IMG/VR virus record: IMGVR_UViG_3300010234_000012
Span: 1-59,551 of that record
Length of the DNA: 59,551 nt
From: a virus
Lineage: Duplodnaviria > Caudoviricetes
Direction: 5' to 3' (one strand)
Of the stretch, positions 36,270 through 47,130 are shown piece after piece (positions within the stretch are counted from its first letter, which is position 1; each line of letters starts with the position of its first letter). The notes under the pieces are model-generated. The model made no database searches. It was not told the DNA's origin and saw only the letters and a program-made list of their open reading frames with translations. The position numbers and the translations under genes are program-made.

Positions 36270-39200
36270 TTAAGGTGCTATCCTAGTGCAGGTAAAGTAA
36301 GTATAGTTTTGCCCAGATAGGGCACTCCATGTACCTGTTGTTACCGCAGCGTGACCAAAAATTTCAAAATAGGAGGACCCGTCTGTATCCACTACCCATG
36401 ATGCTTGCATTATGGGTGCGTCAACTACGTTTGTCTCTGTGCTAAAGTTCGCCCCATACTTAAACACGGAACCGTCTTTCTTGAGTCTCAATTGAATAGA
36501 CTCAATATCATCTGTTGCGGAGGAATTAAAGCGAACTTGTGTAGTTATTAAATATTTACCGGCTGGGGGAGTAAACCGATAATTCGTAGTGTTGTCATAA
36601 AGGCTATTCTCGTCCCATTCAACCGTATCAAATTCAATCTTCTGTTCAGAGTTAGATGCAACGCCTGTAATATTACCGCTCAGATAGGCAGCGCAAGTTT
36701 GCACGGATTGGCTTAATCCTGGAGTTGAATCGGTCGCCAGTTGAACCCCAGCCGGGGCGTGAGGCGAGGATTTTCTAACCCTCCACTTATCGCCGAAACC
36801 GTTTAAGTCAGTCCATGGGTCGCCATTACCGGCATAGGTTGCATTAGTAGCCCGGTAGCCCTCTGCGCTGAAAGTAAGTCTAACAGTGTAATCGTCAATT
36901 ATCGTAAGTAGAATCCCGTACCTGCTTGAACTTTGCGATATGTAGCTTCCCCAACGCGCCTCGTGAGGAATCCACACTTGTGAGCTTTGACTTACATCTA
37001 AAGACTCAATTACAATCATATCCGTAGGCTGAATCGCAGTTTGAAATTTTACGTTTTTAACCACATTTGTACCTACAGCCCGGTTAGGGTAAACAACTCC
37101 ACCTGGCCCGTAGCCGAATGAAGCGGTGTCGTCCGTTCCAGTAGTGTCAGTATTATAAGCATACTCGACCCGCGCCGCTGCGAGGTGGGTTACGTCGCCT
37201 GCATACTCCGCTATAGGAATAGGGCCTATAAAGACACTCACACGCTCAGTACTTCCGAATAAGGTACTACCGTTAGCCTCAGTTAATGGATTAGCAGACC
37301 CCCCAGAATTGTCCTGACCTGCTGCTACAAACGTGTCTCCGGCTGTAGCCAAAGCTACTTGAGCAACATTGGACGCTATAGAGGCATCTCTCTCGAATCT
37401 GCCTACCTCTACTGTGGAGGTAGCAGTGCCCCCCACCGTTAAACTATTAGGTAACTCTAGTTGAGCTTCAGAGCCCGTTACCGTACCTGTTGTAAATTCA
37501 CCTCTTACATATATACTTTCGCCTACCCGGCACCACTCCAAAGCAGGGCTGGTAATCGTACCAAAACCTTGCGTATTGCTGGGAGTGTAACTCTCCCACT
37601 CACTAACGCTAGGGCCGAATACGGATTGCTCAGGCCCGACCACGATGTTGTCAATGTATACATCCCATGCCTGGTCTACGGAATCAGCTACATGGAAGCA
37701 GAGCCTCCAGTCGGTCTGACTATCTGTCACAAACGTAGCCTCAAACTTACCTGTACCGGCTGGCACACTCGTCTGGGATGGGGTGATCAGGGCCGGTGTT
37801 CCGCCAGTATCACTGATCAGATAAACAGCTAGATCCCCAGCAGAGTATGCTGCGCTAGTTGCATCAAAATCGAAGCTGACTGTGAGTATTCTATTGGTAT
37901 CCGCCGAATCGAGCGTAATGTCATACGACACACCCTCACCCTGGTAGTTAGCTCCACTGGGTTTGGCCAGCTTGAAGGAGTTATTGCCCCTCAACACTGT
38001 ACTTGTCTGTGTAGTCCAGGCTACAGTAGGAGAACCTCCAGTACCATCTGCCGGAGTAGTCGCGGCGGCGTCGTCATATGTTGACCAACCTGATGTGCCA
38101 GCCTCGGCATCACCGCCTGTGACGTAGTTAATACCAGAGCTACCACCAGCTCCTGTGCCCCCAACGACATCCCAATACCCTGCGTCTCCGTCATAGGTCA
38201 ACAGCAAGGAGGCATCATCGTCCAGGGTTATGTCCGCGCCTGTGCCGGTATTGAAACCACCTGAGGCGCTCTGATGGGCAACGGTTACGCTGGCTCCTGT
38301 CTCGTTCTTGATAACCAGCATGTCAGTGTCAGCTGCCCCGGAGATTGTATTAAGGGGTCCAGTACCACTCGTGATTCTCGCAATGACCGCACTCGGCTTG
38401 GCGAACGTATTCGTGGAGATCGTCACGTCAGCGGTTGCCAGCTTGGTGTCAGTGGAGAGGGTCTTGGCGGTTAGGGTCTGTGTAGTATCTGTGCCAACCA
38501 ACGTGGTACTTGCATCAGGCAGCGTGAATGCCCTCGTGGTTGTCAGCGAGTCGGCCACAAAGGTAGCGTTCGCAGTTGCCCCTTCGAGCGTGAAGCCAGA
38601 GTCGGTAAGGGATACAGTGCTAGTATTGTCTAGGGTCTTATTGGTTAGTGTTTGTGCAGTACTAATATCCGCGATCTCGACCTCAGATCCTGAGTCACCC
38701 AGCTTGAATCGGGTAGCGGCAGATGAGTCGTATATGATCTTAGTATCTGTGGCATCGGACATCTCAACTGTCAGTCCAGCAGTACCCTCTGCGGAGGCTT
38801 GGTTGCCACCGTCGTTAACCGTGATATTGGCATCAGCAACATCTAGCGTGGTGGAGTTGACCGTAGTGGTCGTACCATCTACCTGGAGGTTACCTGCAAC
38901 GACTACCGTGGATGTAGCTCCACCGATAGTGATATTGTTTGCCCCGGCACTGGCAGCGATTGTCAGAGTACCTGCCCCTGTGACATCAATGCTGCCCCCT
39001 GTAGTGATCAATGGGGTAGTGAGGGTCTTGTTCGTGAGTGTCTGAGAATCCGTTGTGCCGACTACACTGCCTGTTACACCGTGAACACCTGAGCTGGGGT
39101 TGTCCACTTCCGCGCCGTGGGCCAGGTTACTGATAGTATTGTTATCGGCATCAATTGTCTTATTAGTTAGAGTTTCCGCACCAGCAAGTGTGGACAGCGT

Positions 39201-39641
39201 ACCTGTAGTAGGCAATGTGACATTGGTGCTGGCGGTGGTCGTGAGTGTGAGGGAGTATGCCCCAGAGGTAACGAGAGCCCCGGCAAGAGTGACGTTGCCA
39301 GCTAGGTCTACCGTGCGGTCGGCGTCATTGAGGTCAAAGTTCAGTGTGCGGTCGGCAGAGAATGCTCCATCAGACGAGGCAAAGATTAGGTCGTTCGAGC
39401 CGTTATCATTAACAGATAAGGTCGAGGCACCAGTGATAGTTGGCGTCGTGAGTACCGGGCTTGTGAGTGTCTTATTAGTGAGTGTGTCGGTTGTGTCCCT
39501 ACCAACAAGGGTATCAGTAGTCGCTGGCAGGGTCAGTGTGATGTCCCCGGCTGGCGTATTAGATGTAATAGTAGTTTTATTGCCGCCCTGGTCTAAGGCG
39601 ATCGTAGATTTGTCTAGCTCAAGCGAGCCTGCAATACGCAA
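36270..39641 (-). CDS. Tail fibre with TLTNKT repeats and C-terminal C1q/TNF-like domain
   Basis: Five TLT(N/A)KT repeats; IEFDT...D....YD....RFTP.AGKYLI; GGAGG before TTG. Confidence 0.8.
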   Translation of the reverse strand: MRIAGSLELDKSTIALDQGGNKTTITSNTPAGDITLTLPATTDTLVGRDTTDTLTNKTLTSPVLTTPTITGASTLSVNDNGSNDLIFASSDGAFSADRTLNFDLNDADRTVDLAGNVTLAGALVTSGAYSLTLTTTASTNVTLPTTGTLSTLAGAETLTNKTIDADNNTISNLAHGAEVDNPSSGVHGVTGSVVGTTDSQTLTNKTLTTPLITTGGSIDVTGAGTLTIAASAGANNITIGGATSTVVVAGNLQVDGTTTTVNSTTLDVADANITVNDGGNQASAEGTAGLTVEMSDATDTKIIYDSSAATRFKLGDSGSEVEIADISTAQTLTNKTLDNTSTVSLTDSGFTLEGATANATFVADSLTTTRAFTLPDASTTLVGTDTTQTLTAKTLSTDTKLATADVTISTNTFAKPSAVIARITSGTGPLNTISGAADTDMLVIKNETGASVTVAHQSASGGFNTGTGADITLDDDASLLLTYDGDAGYWDVVGGTGAGGSSGINYVTGGDAEAGTSGWSTYDDAAATTPADGTGGSPTVAWTTQTSTVLRGNNSFKLAKPSGANYQGEGVSYDITLDSADTNRILTVSFDFDATSAAYSAGDLAVYLISDTGGTPALITPSQTSVPAGTGKFEATFVTDSQTDWRLCFHVADSVDQAWDVYIDNIVVGPEQSVFGPSVSEWESYTPSNTQGFGTITSPALEWCRVGESIYVRGEFTTGTVTGSEAQLELPNSLTVGGTATSTVEVGRFERDASIASNVAQVALATAGDTFVAAGQDNSGGSANPLTEANGSTLFGSTERVSVFIGPIPIAEYAGDVTHLAAARVEYAYNTDTTGTDDTASFGYGPGGVVYPNRAVGTNVVKNVKFQTAIQPTDMIVIESLDVSQSSQVWIPHEARWGSYISQSSSRYGILLTIIDDYTVRLTFSAEGYRATNATYAGNGDPWTDLNGFGDKWRVRKSSPHAPAGVQLATDSTPGLSQSVQTCAAYLSGNITGVASNSEQKIEFDTVEWDENSLYDNTTNYRFTPPAGKYLITTQVRFNSSATDDIESIQLRLKKDGSVFKYGANFSTETNVVDAPIMQASWVVDTDGSSYFEIFGHAAVTTGTWSALSGQNYTYFTCTRIAP

Positions 39642-39666
39642 GGGAGCCTCCTATCCTAGAGCGAAT

Positions 39667-39682
39667 GGGGGCCGAAGCCCCC
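39667..39682 (-). terminator. C(UUCG)G hairpin between 271-aa gene and tail fibre
   Basis: GGGGGC-TTCG-GCCCCC on minus strand; weak U tract. Confidence 0.55.
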
Positions 39683-39689
39683 GAGTAGA

Positions 39690-40505
39690 TTACTTAATAC
39701 CACATTCCCACGAAGCGAGAGTTGTAACATTACTTCCTGTTTCGCCGTCTAGGGCAACAAACGGGATAATAGTATCTCCACTATCGAAGGTGAATGGGGC
39801 GCTGGATAGGTACTCAGTCCCGCCAACATAGAATCTAGTGGCACCATTATTATCGACTTCTACTCGAAGTACGAAGTTATCACCGTCAGTCCAGTTAAGG
39901 GTTGTGTCGGTGTCTACTGAAGTACCATCTGCGTTCAGGTCGTGGCTTGTGTAAATGTCGTCAGAACCATCCTTGTATAAGGTGGCATAGTCACTATAGG
40001 AAGCTGGAGCAGTGTAAGTCTCTACCTTGCGCCATCCTGCCCATAGACCAGTAAGGTTTGCTACAGTTACAACATCAACATCTGTCTCGAAGTAGATAGT
40101 CTTGGCACCAGGGAAAGAGCCGACAACATATGCTGACCGCGCCTCTGCTGTGTTACCATTGGTTACTTCAATATCAGTGTGGTTGTTAGCCGCAGCGGTA
40201 GTAAGAGCAAGTCCACTTGCCGTTTGGTAAGGACCAAGTACAGTGGGAGTGCCATTGACTGCTTCGATATGCATCTCGTAGGACGCTTTGCCGGTACTGA
40301 AACCAAGGGTCTCATCTCCAGCTAGTCCAGTATAAGCTGTACCGTCTGTGTTGTCCAGAGCGGAGCACACAGGGGCCTGTTGAAAATCATCCTCAATATT
40401 CTGGTTTTCGCGAATCGCTTCGGCTAGTTTCTTTTCTCGGTTGTTTAAGGCTCGGTTATAACTGCCTGGATTGTCCGATTCAATCCCTAGAGGTATACGT
40501 GACAT
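39690..40505 (-). CDS. Putative capsid accessory/decoration protein (beta-rich)
   Basis: Immediately after capsid gene; lectin-like beta-rich sequence. Confidence 0.55.
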   Translation of the reverse strand: MSRIPLGIESDNPGSYNRALNNREKKLAEAIRENQNIEDDFQQAPVCSALDNTDGTAYTGLAGDETLGFSTGKASYEMHIEAVNGTPTVLGPYQTASGLALTTAAANNHTDIEVTNGNTAEARSAYVVGSFPGAKTIYFETDVDVVTVANLTGLWAGWRKVETYTAPASYSDYATLYKDGSDDIYTSHDLNADGTSVDTDTTLNWTDGDNFVLRVEVDNNGATRFYVGGTEYLSSAPFTFDSGDTIIPFVALDGETGSNVTTLASWECGIK

Positions 40506-40606
40506 TTAAATCTCCTTGTTAGCGCCAGCCCCACATCGACCAAGGTTCATCGGTGAGGTCTGCTGTGAATTACCCAGGAGAGACAACCTCCCCCAGGTTT
40601 TAGTTA

Positions 40607-40635
40607 ATTGTACCAGATAGCCCCCGAAGTGTCAA
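40607..40635 (-). promoter_or_regulatory. sigma70 promoter overlapping a 14-bp hairpin downstream of the capsid gene
   Basis: TTGACA-17-TACAAT with TG. Confidence 0.75.
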
Positions 40636-40656
40636 GGACTATCTGTAAGTGGTTGA

Positions 40657-42000
40657 TTATACAGTAAAATTATGGATAGTACCAATTGCGGCTGCGTGAA
40701 CAGCCTTAAGGGCACCATCACCTTCCATGTACGCGCGGATACGTCTTTCGTGTCCACCGTTAGAACTTGGATTCAAGTGAAACTTGGCTCCACCTTCAGG
40801 CTTAACGAACTCGAAGTCTCCACCAGAGTACTGAAGAACATCGCCTTCAGGCACAACGATAATGCGGTCTTTTCGGCAGAATTCGTCTGCTTCAAAAACA
40901 ACATCATTCTTACCATGGCGGTATCCTAGAGAATCCGTACCACGTCGGTTGTCTTTAACACTGTGGAAGCGTCGATCGACTTCACGGCTTTCAATAAGGG
41001 CATCAAGAGTTTCCCAAGCCATCATCGCCTGAGAGTACTTATATCGTCCCTGACCAACGGCGATCATGATCTTAGACATCAACTGTTGGAAGTCCTGAGA
41101 ATCAATCGGATTACCACCGGCATCACGACGAGTACCAGCCAAAGCACCACTCATAGTTAGGCCATGTACGGTACGTCCATCATCCTCACCCAAAGACTCA
41201 AGACCTACTAGATCTTCAGACGCGGTATTGTATTCTGAGATAGAACTCAAGTTAGGAATAGTGGTTTGGATGTCTCGGTAAACGCGAGAATCACTATCAA
41301 CAGTACCCACAGTAGCAACAGCGATTTTTACATCAGAGCTATCAAAGGCGCGAAGAGTAACGGTGTTAGCATCACGATCCTTAGATTGTACTGTGTAGTA
41401 ATCTGGAGTCGCCGCTGGAGAGTTAACAGTCTCCGCAGTACCAGCACTATTGTGCAAGGCAACCTTATCACCAAGCTCAATCCAACCGATGAAACCGCGA
41501 GCAGTATCGGCGGAAGATAGAGTTAGAACAAGATCGTCAGTTCCACCTAATGCAGCACTAGCAACCTGGCCGATACAGCCAGTACCGTCACCATATGCAG
41601 CACGAGAAAGTTGACGACTTAGGGCGATAGTCTTGCAGCGAAGTTCTTCGGCAAGAGGCTCACCATAGCGAGAGAAGTCACTCATCGCCTTAGAAATCAA
41701 GGTACGCTCAACGTCTACAGTCAACGCGAAGTCTTTGTAGTTCATTGTACCTTCGTTGATAGTCGCCTGAGATGCTGAAGGATACGCACCACCAGTTACA
41801 GGAACGAAACCTACAGCCGCAGCACCATATGCACTACGAACCAAGAATCGTTGTTCCCGACCTTCGGCTGGACCCTTCTTCTTCTTTTTAATCATTTCCC
41901 AAATTGGGGAATCTTCGGACAAGTTGTTGTATACACCGTTTTGTGATACAATTTTTAGATAGTTACCTAGGGTTAAGTCCCCAGCTACACCAGCTGCCAT
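40657..42000 (-). CDS. Major capsid protein
   Basis: Portal-scaffold-capsid order, 447 aa, strong RBS, highly-expressed codon bias. Confidence 0.85.
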   Translation of the reverse strand: MAAGVAGDLTLGNYLKIVSQNGVYNNLSEDSPIWEMIKKKKKGPAEGREQRFLVRSAYGAAAVGFVPVTGGAYPSASQATINEGTMNYKDFALTVDVERTLISKAMSDFSRYGEPLAEELRCKTIALSRQLSRAAYGDGTGCIGQVASAALGGTDDLVLTLSSADTARGFIGWIELGDKVALHNSAGTAETVNSPAATPDYYTVQSKDRDANTVTLRAFDSSDVKIAVATVGTVDSDSRVYRDIQTTIPNLSSISEYNTASEDLVGLESLGEDDGRTVHGLTMSGALAGTRRDAGGNPIDSQDFQQLMSKIMIAVGQGRYKYSQAMMAWETLDALIESREVDRRFHSVKDNRRGTDSLGYRHGKNDVVFEADEFCRKDRIIVVPEGDVLQYSGGDFEFVKPEGGAKFHLNPSSNGGHERRIRAYMEGDGALKAVHAAAIGTIHNFTV

Positions 42001-42032
42001 AATATTAGTCTCCTGTTAGTTTTAATAAACGG

Positions 42033-43142
42033 CTATTTACTCTTAAAGCCTCTGACTGCTCGGTTGAACAACGTGAGGGGGTCCAATTTGGTGAGTTCGC
42101 GTTCTACCTTACCGTCGTAGTTTCTAGTAGCAGCAGCCTGTGCCCGTTTAGTCGCGCTCTCACGCTTCTGGGTTGAGACTTCTTCTACCTTCTTATCTAC
42201 TGCGGTATTGTAGGCAGACTTCAGTGCAGATGCGTTCTCTTTGAAAGCCTTCTCGATCATCTTCTGGGTCAACTTGCCGTAGCGTTGTTGATACGCCTTA
42301 ATATCATCGACTGAACTTTGCCAGAGCATCTTTTTGATCCGAGAGGTAGTTGCTGGGTTGTCTGATACTGGGACTTCATACTTCTCGTACTCACGTCTCA
42401 GCTTAGACTGCATATCTGCCTTCTCGGTCTGATACATCCGATCTTCAATCTGCTTGGCCTGTGCCTCCCGCTTCTGTCGTTCCTTCTCGTGCAGACTCTT
42501 CACTCTTGCGAGTTCATTTTCGTAGTCTAACACGCGACGTTCTTCTTCAGATGCGTTGCGGTACTGGTCTCGCTTCTCCACCTCGGCTGCAATGAATTCC
42601 TCATAGTTTTTACCTGTGATGATTTCAAACGCCTTAGCATGGTCATCCCGAATTGCTTCCAACTTATCCCAATTTGCTTTGTATGGTTTATACTCTTCCA
42701 GTTCTGCCTGGGCTTGTTTAAACTTACGCTGCACTTTGGCTTTGTCAGAGAACGCTTTTCGAGCGCCGTCAAGTAATGGTAGTTTTTGTTTAAGTTCCTC
42801 GATACCTTGCTCGTCGAGCTTGAATTCTACTTCTTCGCCGTTGGCTTTGTAGGTGAAGGTCGTGGGTGCGCCTACCTCGGATACTTCATCTTCGCTAACT
42901 AGCTCGTCAGTTGATTCTTCGACCTCATCGGTCTGCTCTTGCTCGATATCTTCCTTTGTAACACCGAATGGCTCATCTGTGTCCCAAAAATCGCTCTCGA
43001 CTTCGATATCTCCGTCGTCCAGAGTAGATGCTGGTTCCTCGATTGCCAATTCACTTTCCAACTGCTTTGAATCCGCTAATGCCGCCTGTCCTGCCTGCTG
43101 TAATTCACTGGGGTCTAATGTCAGTTCATCCTTAACTGCCAT
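42033..43142 (-). CDS. Capsid scaffolding protein
   Basis: Acidic N-terminus, YKANGEE motif, coiled coil; between portal and capsid. Confidence 0.8.
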   Translation of the reverse strand: MAVKDELTLDPSELQQAGQAALADSKQLESELAIEEPASTLDDGDIEVESDFWDTDEPFGVTKEDIEQEQTDEVEESTDELVSEDEVSEVGAPTTFTYKANGEEVEFKLDEQGIEELKQKLPLLDGARKAFSDKAKVQRKFKQAQAELEEYKPYKANWDKLEAIRDDHAKAFEIITGKNYEEFIAAEVEKRDQYRNASEEERRVLDYENELARVKSLHEKERQKREAQAKQIEDRMYQTEKADMQSKLRREYEKYEVPVSDNPATTSRIKKMLWQSSVDDIKAYQQRYGKLTQKMIEKAFKENASALKSAYNTAVDKKVEEVSTQKRESATKRAQAAATRNYDGKVERELTKLDPLTLFNRAVRGFKSK

Positions 43143-43254
43143 GTTTCCTCCTCGGCATCCCAATAGGGGTAGCCCTAAAATATAATTAAACCGCTGATCT
43201 CAGCCCTACGCTGGGGTACAGGGTATCCTGGGTATAAAAAGAGTATATAGGTAT

Positions 43255-43283
43255 ATTATATCAAATCTTTAACTGTTTGTCAA
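43255..43283 (-). promoter_or_regulatory. Consensus sigma70 promoter for scaffold/capsid
   Basis: TTGACA-17-TATAAT. Confidence 0.85.
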
Positions 43284-43291
43284 GGAAAAAA

Positions 43292-45226
43292 TTAACCTAG
43301 AGGCATCATAGGCGTTGCTCCACCCATTTCTGGTGGCATAGCCCCGCTAACCCCTGGAGATCCTGGGAGTTCTGCTGATCCTCCGGCTGGAGCCTGCTGT
43401 GTAGCAGACAATTCCTCGCGCTCCTTAACGTGCTGGCGGATTAAGGTCTTCAGATCTTCCTCTAAATCCCGAAATTCGGCAGATTCAAGGTAGTCATAGG
43501 CATAATCCAGTCTGCCCTGGTGTTCTTCCATCTCGTGAGGCGGAATATACTCCTCGATGCCCTCACGATACTTGGCAACCATCTCCTCAAACACCTCTCG
43601 CTGGCGATCCCTGGACATTTGTATGCGATCATACACGCCCTCAAGGTCATTTAACTTCATGTGGTGGAGGATCTGCTTAGGACTCATGCCTGCTTCCTGG
43701 AGCAAGGGTTTGAGCAGCATCAGGGCCTCTCGTTTCATGTTTGGATCAAGCGGCAATGAGGCACCATACTCCACAATTACGTCGGTATTGCCTGCGATAT
43801 CTGCGCCCTTGATCTTCACGGCGTCCAGGGCGTGTTCTTTGCCCGTTACCCGGATGATCCTTGGCTCTGTCCAGTTCTCGCGAACCAATCCTAGGAAGTC
43901 CCTGTAGAATGATTGCACGGCCATGGAGTATTTCTTGAATAGTCGGCGATGGATCATAGTACCAGCTTCGATGGCTGTCTGCTGCGATACGGCAGATTGC
44001 TCTCGTCGTTGGATACCCATCATACTATCGTTGATGCCATACAGCTCCTGGATTGCCAGTACCAACTGGTCCCTGAAGCGCCAGATATCCTGCATAAGGG
44101 TGGGGGCATTGATGAACTTGGGCTCTCGATCCCCACTGTACTTGATGTAGTCCCAGGTGGAGTCAGAGATGGCCTCGTCCTCAATGTCGGCGGTCTCGTG
44201 GATTGCCATGCGAATAACACCGTGCGCTTGGATGTTGTCCAAGATCGAGGAGTCTAGGCGGTTAAGCATATCCTGCAAGCGAGCCACGTACTCGACGATT
44301 GACTTGCCGTATACATGCTCGTCCTGGTCGATGTAGGTGAATATGTGGTAGGGTAGGTTCTTCTGGTAGTGGGGATTTGACTCAGGTTCTCCGATGACCT
44401 CGCCAGTCTCCAGGAAGAACGCATGACGACCAGCCATACCATTCACTGGCAGGGCCTTCTCGTAGTACTCATAGATAACTACTGAATCATCCCAGTCCTC
44501 GTGAGGTTTATCCTCCATTAAGGATGAGCTATCGGAGGTGGATTGGTTCTCGACCGCCTTTTTGATCTGCTCCTCTTGGTCTGGAAATCTGAACATCGCC
44601 TCTTCAATAGGCATCTGCAAGCGCTCAAACATAAAGCGCACTTCCTTGGCTCGGCGAGCGTCGGGGTCTAGCCAGATATCCTCAGTCGCGGGGCTGTATG
44701 CGTAAATATCCCCATTCAGGATAATATCATTAGTCTCTTCATTGAAGTCATGGACATCGCCACGATCGGCATCCCATACCTGCTTGAGGTATCCTGTACC
44801 ATACTTCAGGGTCTTGAGGCTCATCTGGTCCACAAGGTCTTCCATGTCCAGGTCGATACGTCCATAACGTACCAGCCGGTCGGCCATGTCTGCTCGTTTC
44901 TTGTCGATGGCGTCTGTTGAGGCAGGTCGGGCAATCACACTAGGGGGGTTCGCCGAGAGCTGCGAGTGCAGGAAGCGGAGATACTTAAAGGCAAAGTTGA
45001 TCCCGATCTCGGAGTCACCTGAATCTACCTGCCCACCTTCTAGCTCCACACTGTCCGTGAAGGTGATATTAACTTGGTCGGTGTCCCTGGCGGTGGCGTT
45101 GTCCACGATATATTTGTTTCGCATCCACTGCCCCTCGAACTGCTGCCTATACCGGCGAGCTGCATCGAAGCGCTTCTTCAGGTTATTCGACCAATCTTCT
45201 GGTGTCCACGACTGTACTCGGGCCAC
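43292..45226 (-). CDS. Portal protein (podovirus type)
   Basis: 644 aa after TerL; LKYGTGYLK.W, IWLDPDA, YGKSIV...LQ..LN. Confidence 0.88.
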   Translation of the reverse strand: MARVQSWTPEDWSNNLKKRFDAARRYRQQFEGQWMRNKYIVDNATARDTDQVNITFTDSVELEGGQVDSGDSEIGINFAFKYLRFLHSQLSANPPSVIARPASTDAIDKKRADMADRLVRYGRIDLDMEDLVDQMSLKTLKYGTGYLKQVWDADRGDVHDFNEETNDIILNGDIYAYSPATEDIWLDPDARRAKEVRFMFERLQMPIEEAMFRFPDQEEQIKKAVENQSTSDSSSLMEDKPHEDWDDSVVIYEYYEKALPVNGMAGRHAFFLETGEVIGEPESNPHYQKNLPYHIFTYIDQDEHVYGKSIVEYVARLQDMLNRLDSSILDNIQAHGVIRMAIHETADIEDEAISDSTWDYIKYSGDREPKFINAPTLMQDIWRFRDQLVLAIQELYGINDSMMGIQRREQSAVSQQTAIEAGTMIHRRLFKKYSMAVQSFYRDFLGLVRENWTEPRIIRVTGKEHALDAVKIKGADIAGNTDVIVEYGASLPLDPNMKREALMLLKPLLQEAGMSPKQILHHMKLNDLEGVYDRIQMSRDRQREVFEEMVAKYREGIEEYIPPHEMEEHQGRLDYAYDYLESAEFRDLEEDLKTLIRQHVKEREELSATQQAPAGGSAELPGSPGVSGAMPPEMGGATPMMPLG

Positions 45227-45384
45227 TATTTCCTCCTCAGCTTATTGCGCATAAGTAGTTTATAAATTCTCTTCTCGTAGGCTTTTAGGTTATGCCGCTC
45301 TTGCCTCAGTCCCATCCACTGTATCCCATTGAGAGCGAATAGGAATAGCCCTAGGTAGTATAGTAGCAGTGGGTCTCGCAACAT
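45226..45384 (-). CDS. 52-aa membrane protein overlapping TerL 3' end (not in ORF track)
   Basis: GGAGG RBS; MLRDPLLLYYLGLFLFALNGIQW...; stop abuts portal start. Confidence 0.55.
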   Translation of the reverse strand: MLRDPLLLYYLGLFLFALNGIQWMGLRQERHNLKAYEKRIYKLLMRNKLRRK

Positions 45385-46810
45385 TACGCCTCCATCGGTT
45401 ATTCTTGCGCTTCATCCGTTTCATCTGAATCTTATTCTCTTTGATTTTGCGCTGTTTATTCGCCATCTTTAACGCCTCGTGATATGTTTTCGGAGGCGGA
45501 TTCTTTGGGGGCTTAGGCAAATTATCTAGGGCATACTGTAGGCAATCCAGCAGGTGGAATCTACTCGCCCCGACGATCTTATCATTACCAGTCTCAGACC
45601 ACTGGCAGGTCACAAACTCTTCAATCAGCAGTCGGCACCAAGGAGAGATCTGGATACGACCCTCATACAACGACTCCTGAACATTCTTAATCAATTCTTT
45701 CTTACGATCGTTCTTCTTATAAACGCCCATGTAGACTCGACCACGCTTGGCCGCTTCCTTGATGAACCACGCCTCATGGGGGTCAGATACCCGTCGAACG
45801 ATATTATAAGGTGAGGTGATCTTCTCCAAGTCTTTCAATAAATCTGACGCCGCGGCACCGTTGATGTACCTCTCAAGCACTACCCACCAACGCCCTGGCA
45901 GATGGGGGTCCTCGGCGAGCAGAAGTAACCCAGCCTTGCCACTTGCCGCTGGATCTATAACCTCAATATGCCTCCACCCCGGAGAGTGTCCGTTAGGCTT
46001 AGATACATCACGACTCTCCGTGAAATCATAGACCGCGAACTCACCTGCAAACCACTCGCCGAACAAGCGACATCGGCGCTCAGCCTCGGGTAAGTTAGAA
46101 TACCGGGCCAAGATCTCATCCTCGCGCCCCTTGTAAATCGGATTGTCCAGCATAAAGAGGACAAACTTTTTACCTACTGTTGGGTCCATACTCTCTACCC
46201 AACGCTTGACATCTGGGTTTCGGAGCAGCGGAGTAAAAGTCACGAGCATACGCCCATTGTTTGCCTGCACCCTAGTCTGCAATTCTGATAGCAGTGATAC
46301 CGAGTCAGGCATTTCGTCTACCCACACAAAGTCTGCAACATAACCCTGAGCCTTCTCACGGGCAGAGTTAACATCGTGGTGAGACATGAAGATGATTACT
46401 ACATCGTCATCCACAGCCTCCACTCGTCGAAGGGAGTTACCCGAGCGGATCTCTTTGTATGAGCCGGAAGGCAGAAAGGGTTTAATCTTCGAGCGCCAAA
46501 GTTCCGACTCAACCTGCTCTCCAACTCGCCCAATAACGAGGATCTTAAGTGATCTCTTCTGAGGGTTAAAGGTAGGGTGTTTTCTTTGAAACAGCCAGGA
46601 AACTTCTCGTCCACCGAGCTGAGATTTTCCTGTTTGGTTTGCTGCGACAACGCATCGTGTGTAGGTGTCGATCGCGGCATCAATGATCTCCTGCTGCTTA
46701 GCATAGGGACGTGACGTAGGGTCTTCTGGATTGATACAATCATCCATCTCCAGAGCCTGCAACTTTCGCATAGCTGCGGCAAGTCTACGTTTACGTTCTT
46801 CTGTACTCAC
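45290..46810 (-). CDS. terL: Terminase large subunit
   Basis: AANQTGKS, WVDE, TFTPL, IDPA, HLLDCLQY. Confidence 0.92.
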   Translation of the reverse strand: MSTEERKRRLAAAMRKLQALEMDDCINPEDPTSRPYAKQQEIIDAAIDTYTRCVVAANQTGKSQLGGREVSWLFQRKHPTFNPQKRSLKILVIGRVGEQVESELWRSKIKPFLPSGSYKEIRSGNSLRRVEAVDDDVVIIFMSHHDVNSAREKAQGYVADFVWVDEMPDSVSLLSELQTRVQANNGRMLVTFTPLLRNPDVKRWVESMDPTVGKKFVLFMLDNPIYKGREDEILARYSNLPEAERRCRLFGEWFAGEFAVYDFTESRDVSKPNGHSPGWRHIEVIDPAASGKAGLLLLAEDPHLPGRWWVVLERYINGAAASDLLKDLEKITSPYNIVRRVSDPHEAWFIKEAAKRGRVYMGVYKKNDRKKELIKNVQESLYEGRIQISPWCRLLIEEFVTCQWSETGNDKIVGASRFHLLDCLQYALDNLPKPPKNPPPKTYHEALKMANKQRKIKENKIQMKRMKRKNNRWRRNVARPTATILPRAIPIRSQWDTVDGTEARAA

Positions 46811-47130
46811 TACTTGCGTTTGCCTTTTACCTTGGCGACTCGTTTTAAAAGTGATTCTTCAGGCTGCTCTGCTTTAAACGTACTAAGACCATCATCATCC
46901 AAGGCTTTTTGAAATCGGTCAAAGAATGCCGTCTCTCCACACTCGCCCATGTCCATAACTTCAACACCAGGCAGCTGGATCTCTACTCGCCACTGAGGAC
47001 CAAGCTTCGAGTCCATTTCGCGCATGGCCTCTTTCTTGCGTCCCTTGTGATCCTTCAGGTGATTAGCCCGAGCTAGGGCCTTCTCATATAATTGTTTGAG
47101 CTTCTCAGCTCTTTCCATTTCCTCTTGCAT
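46810..47130 (-). CDS. Hypothetical protein
   Basis: Coupled to TerL. Confidence 0.65.
   Translation of the reverse strand: MQEEMERAEKLKQLYEKALARANHLKDHKGRKKEAMREMDSKLGPQWRVEIQLPGVEVMDMGECGETAFFDRFQKALDDDGLSTFKAEQPEESLLKRVAKVKGKRK

Noticed and set aside
36270-39641. Diversity-generating retroelement or invertible segment at the tail fibre
   Set aside because: No reverse transcriptase, invertase or template repeat seen; TLTNKT repeats are ordinary fibre repeats
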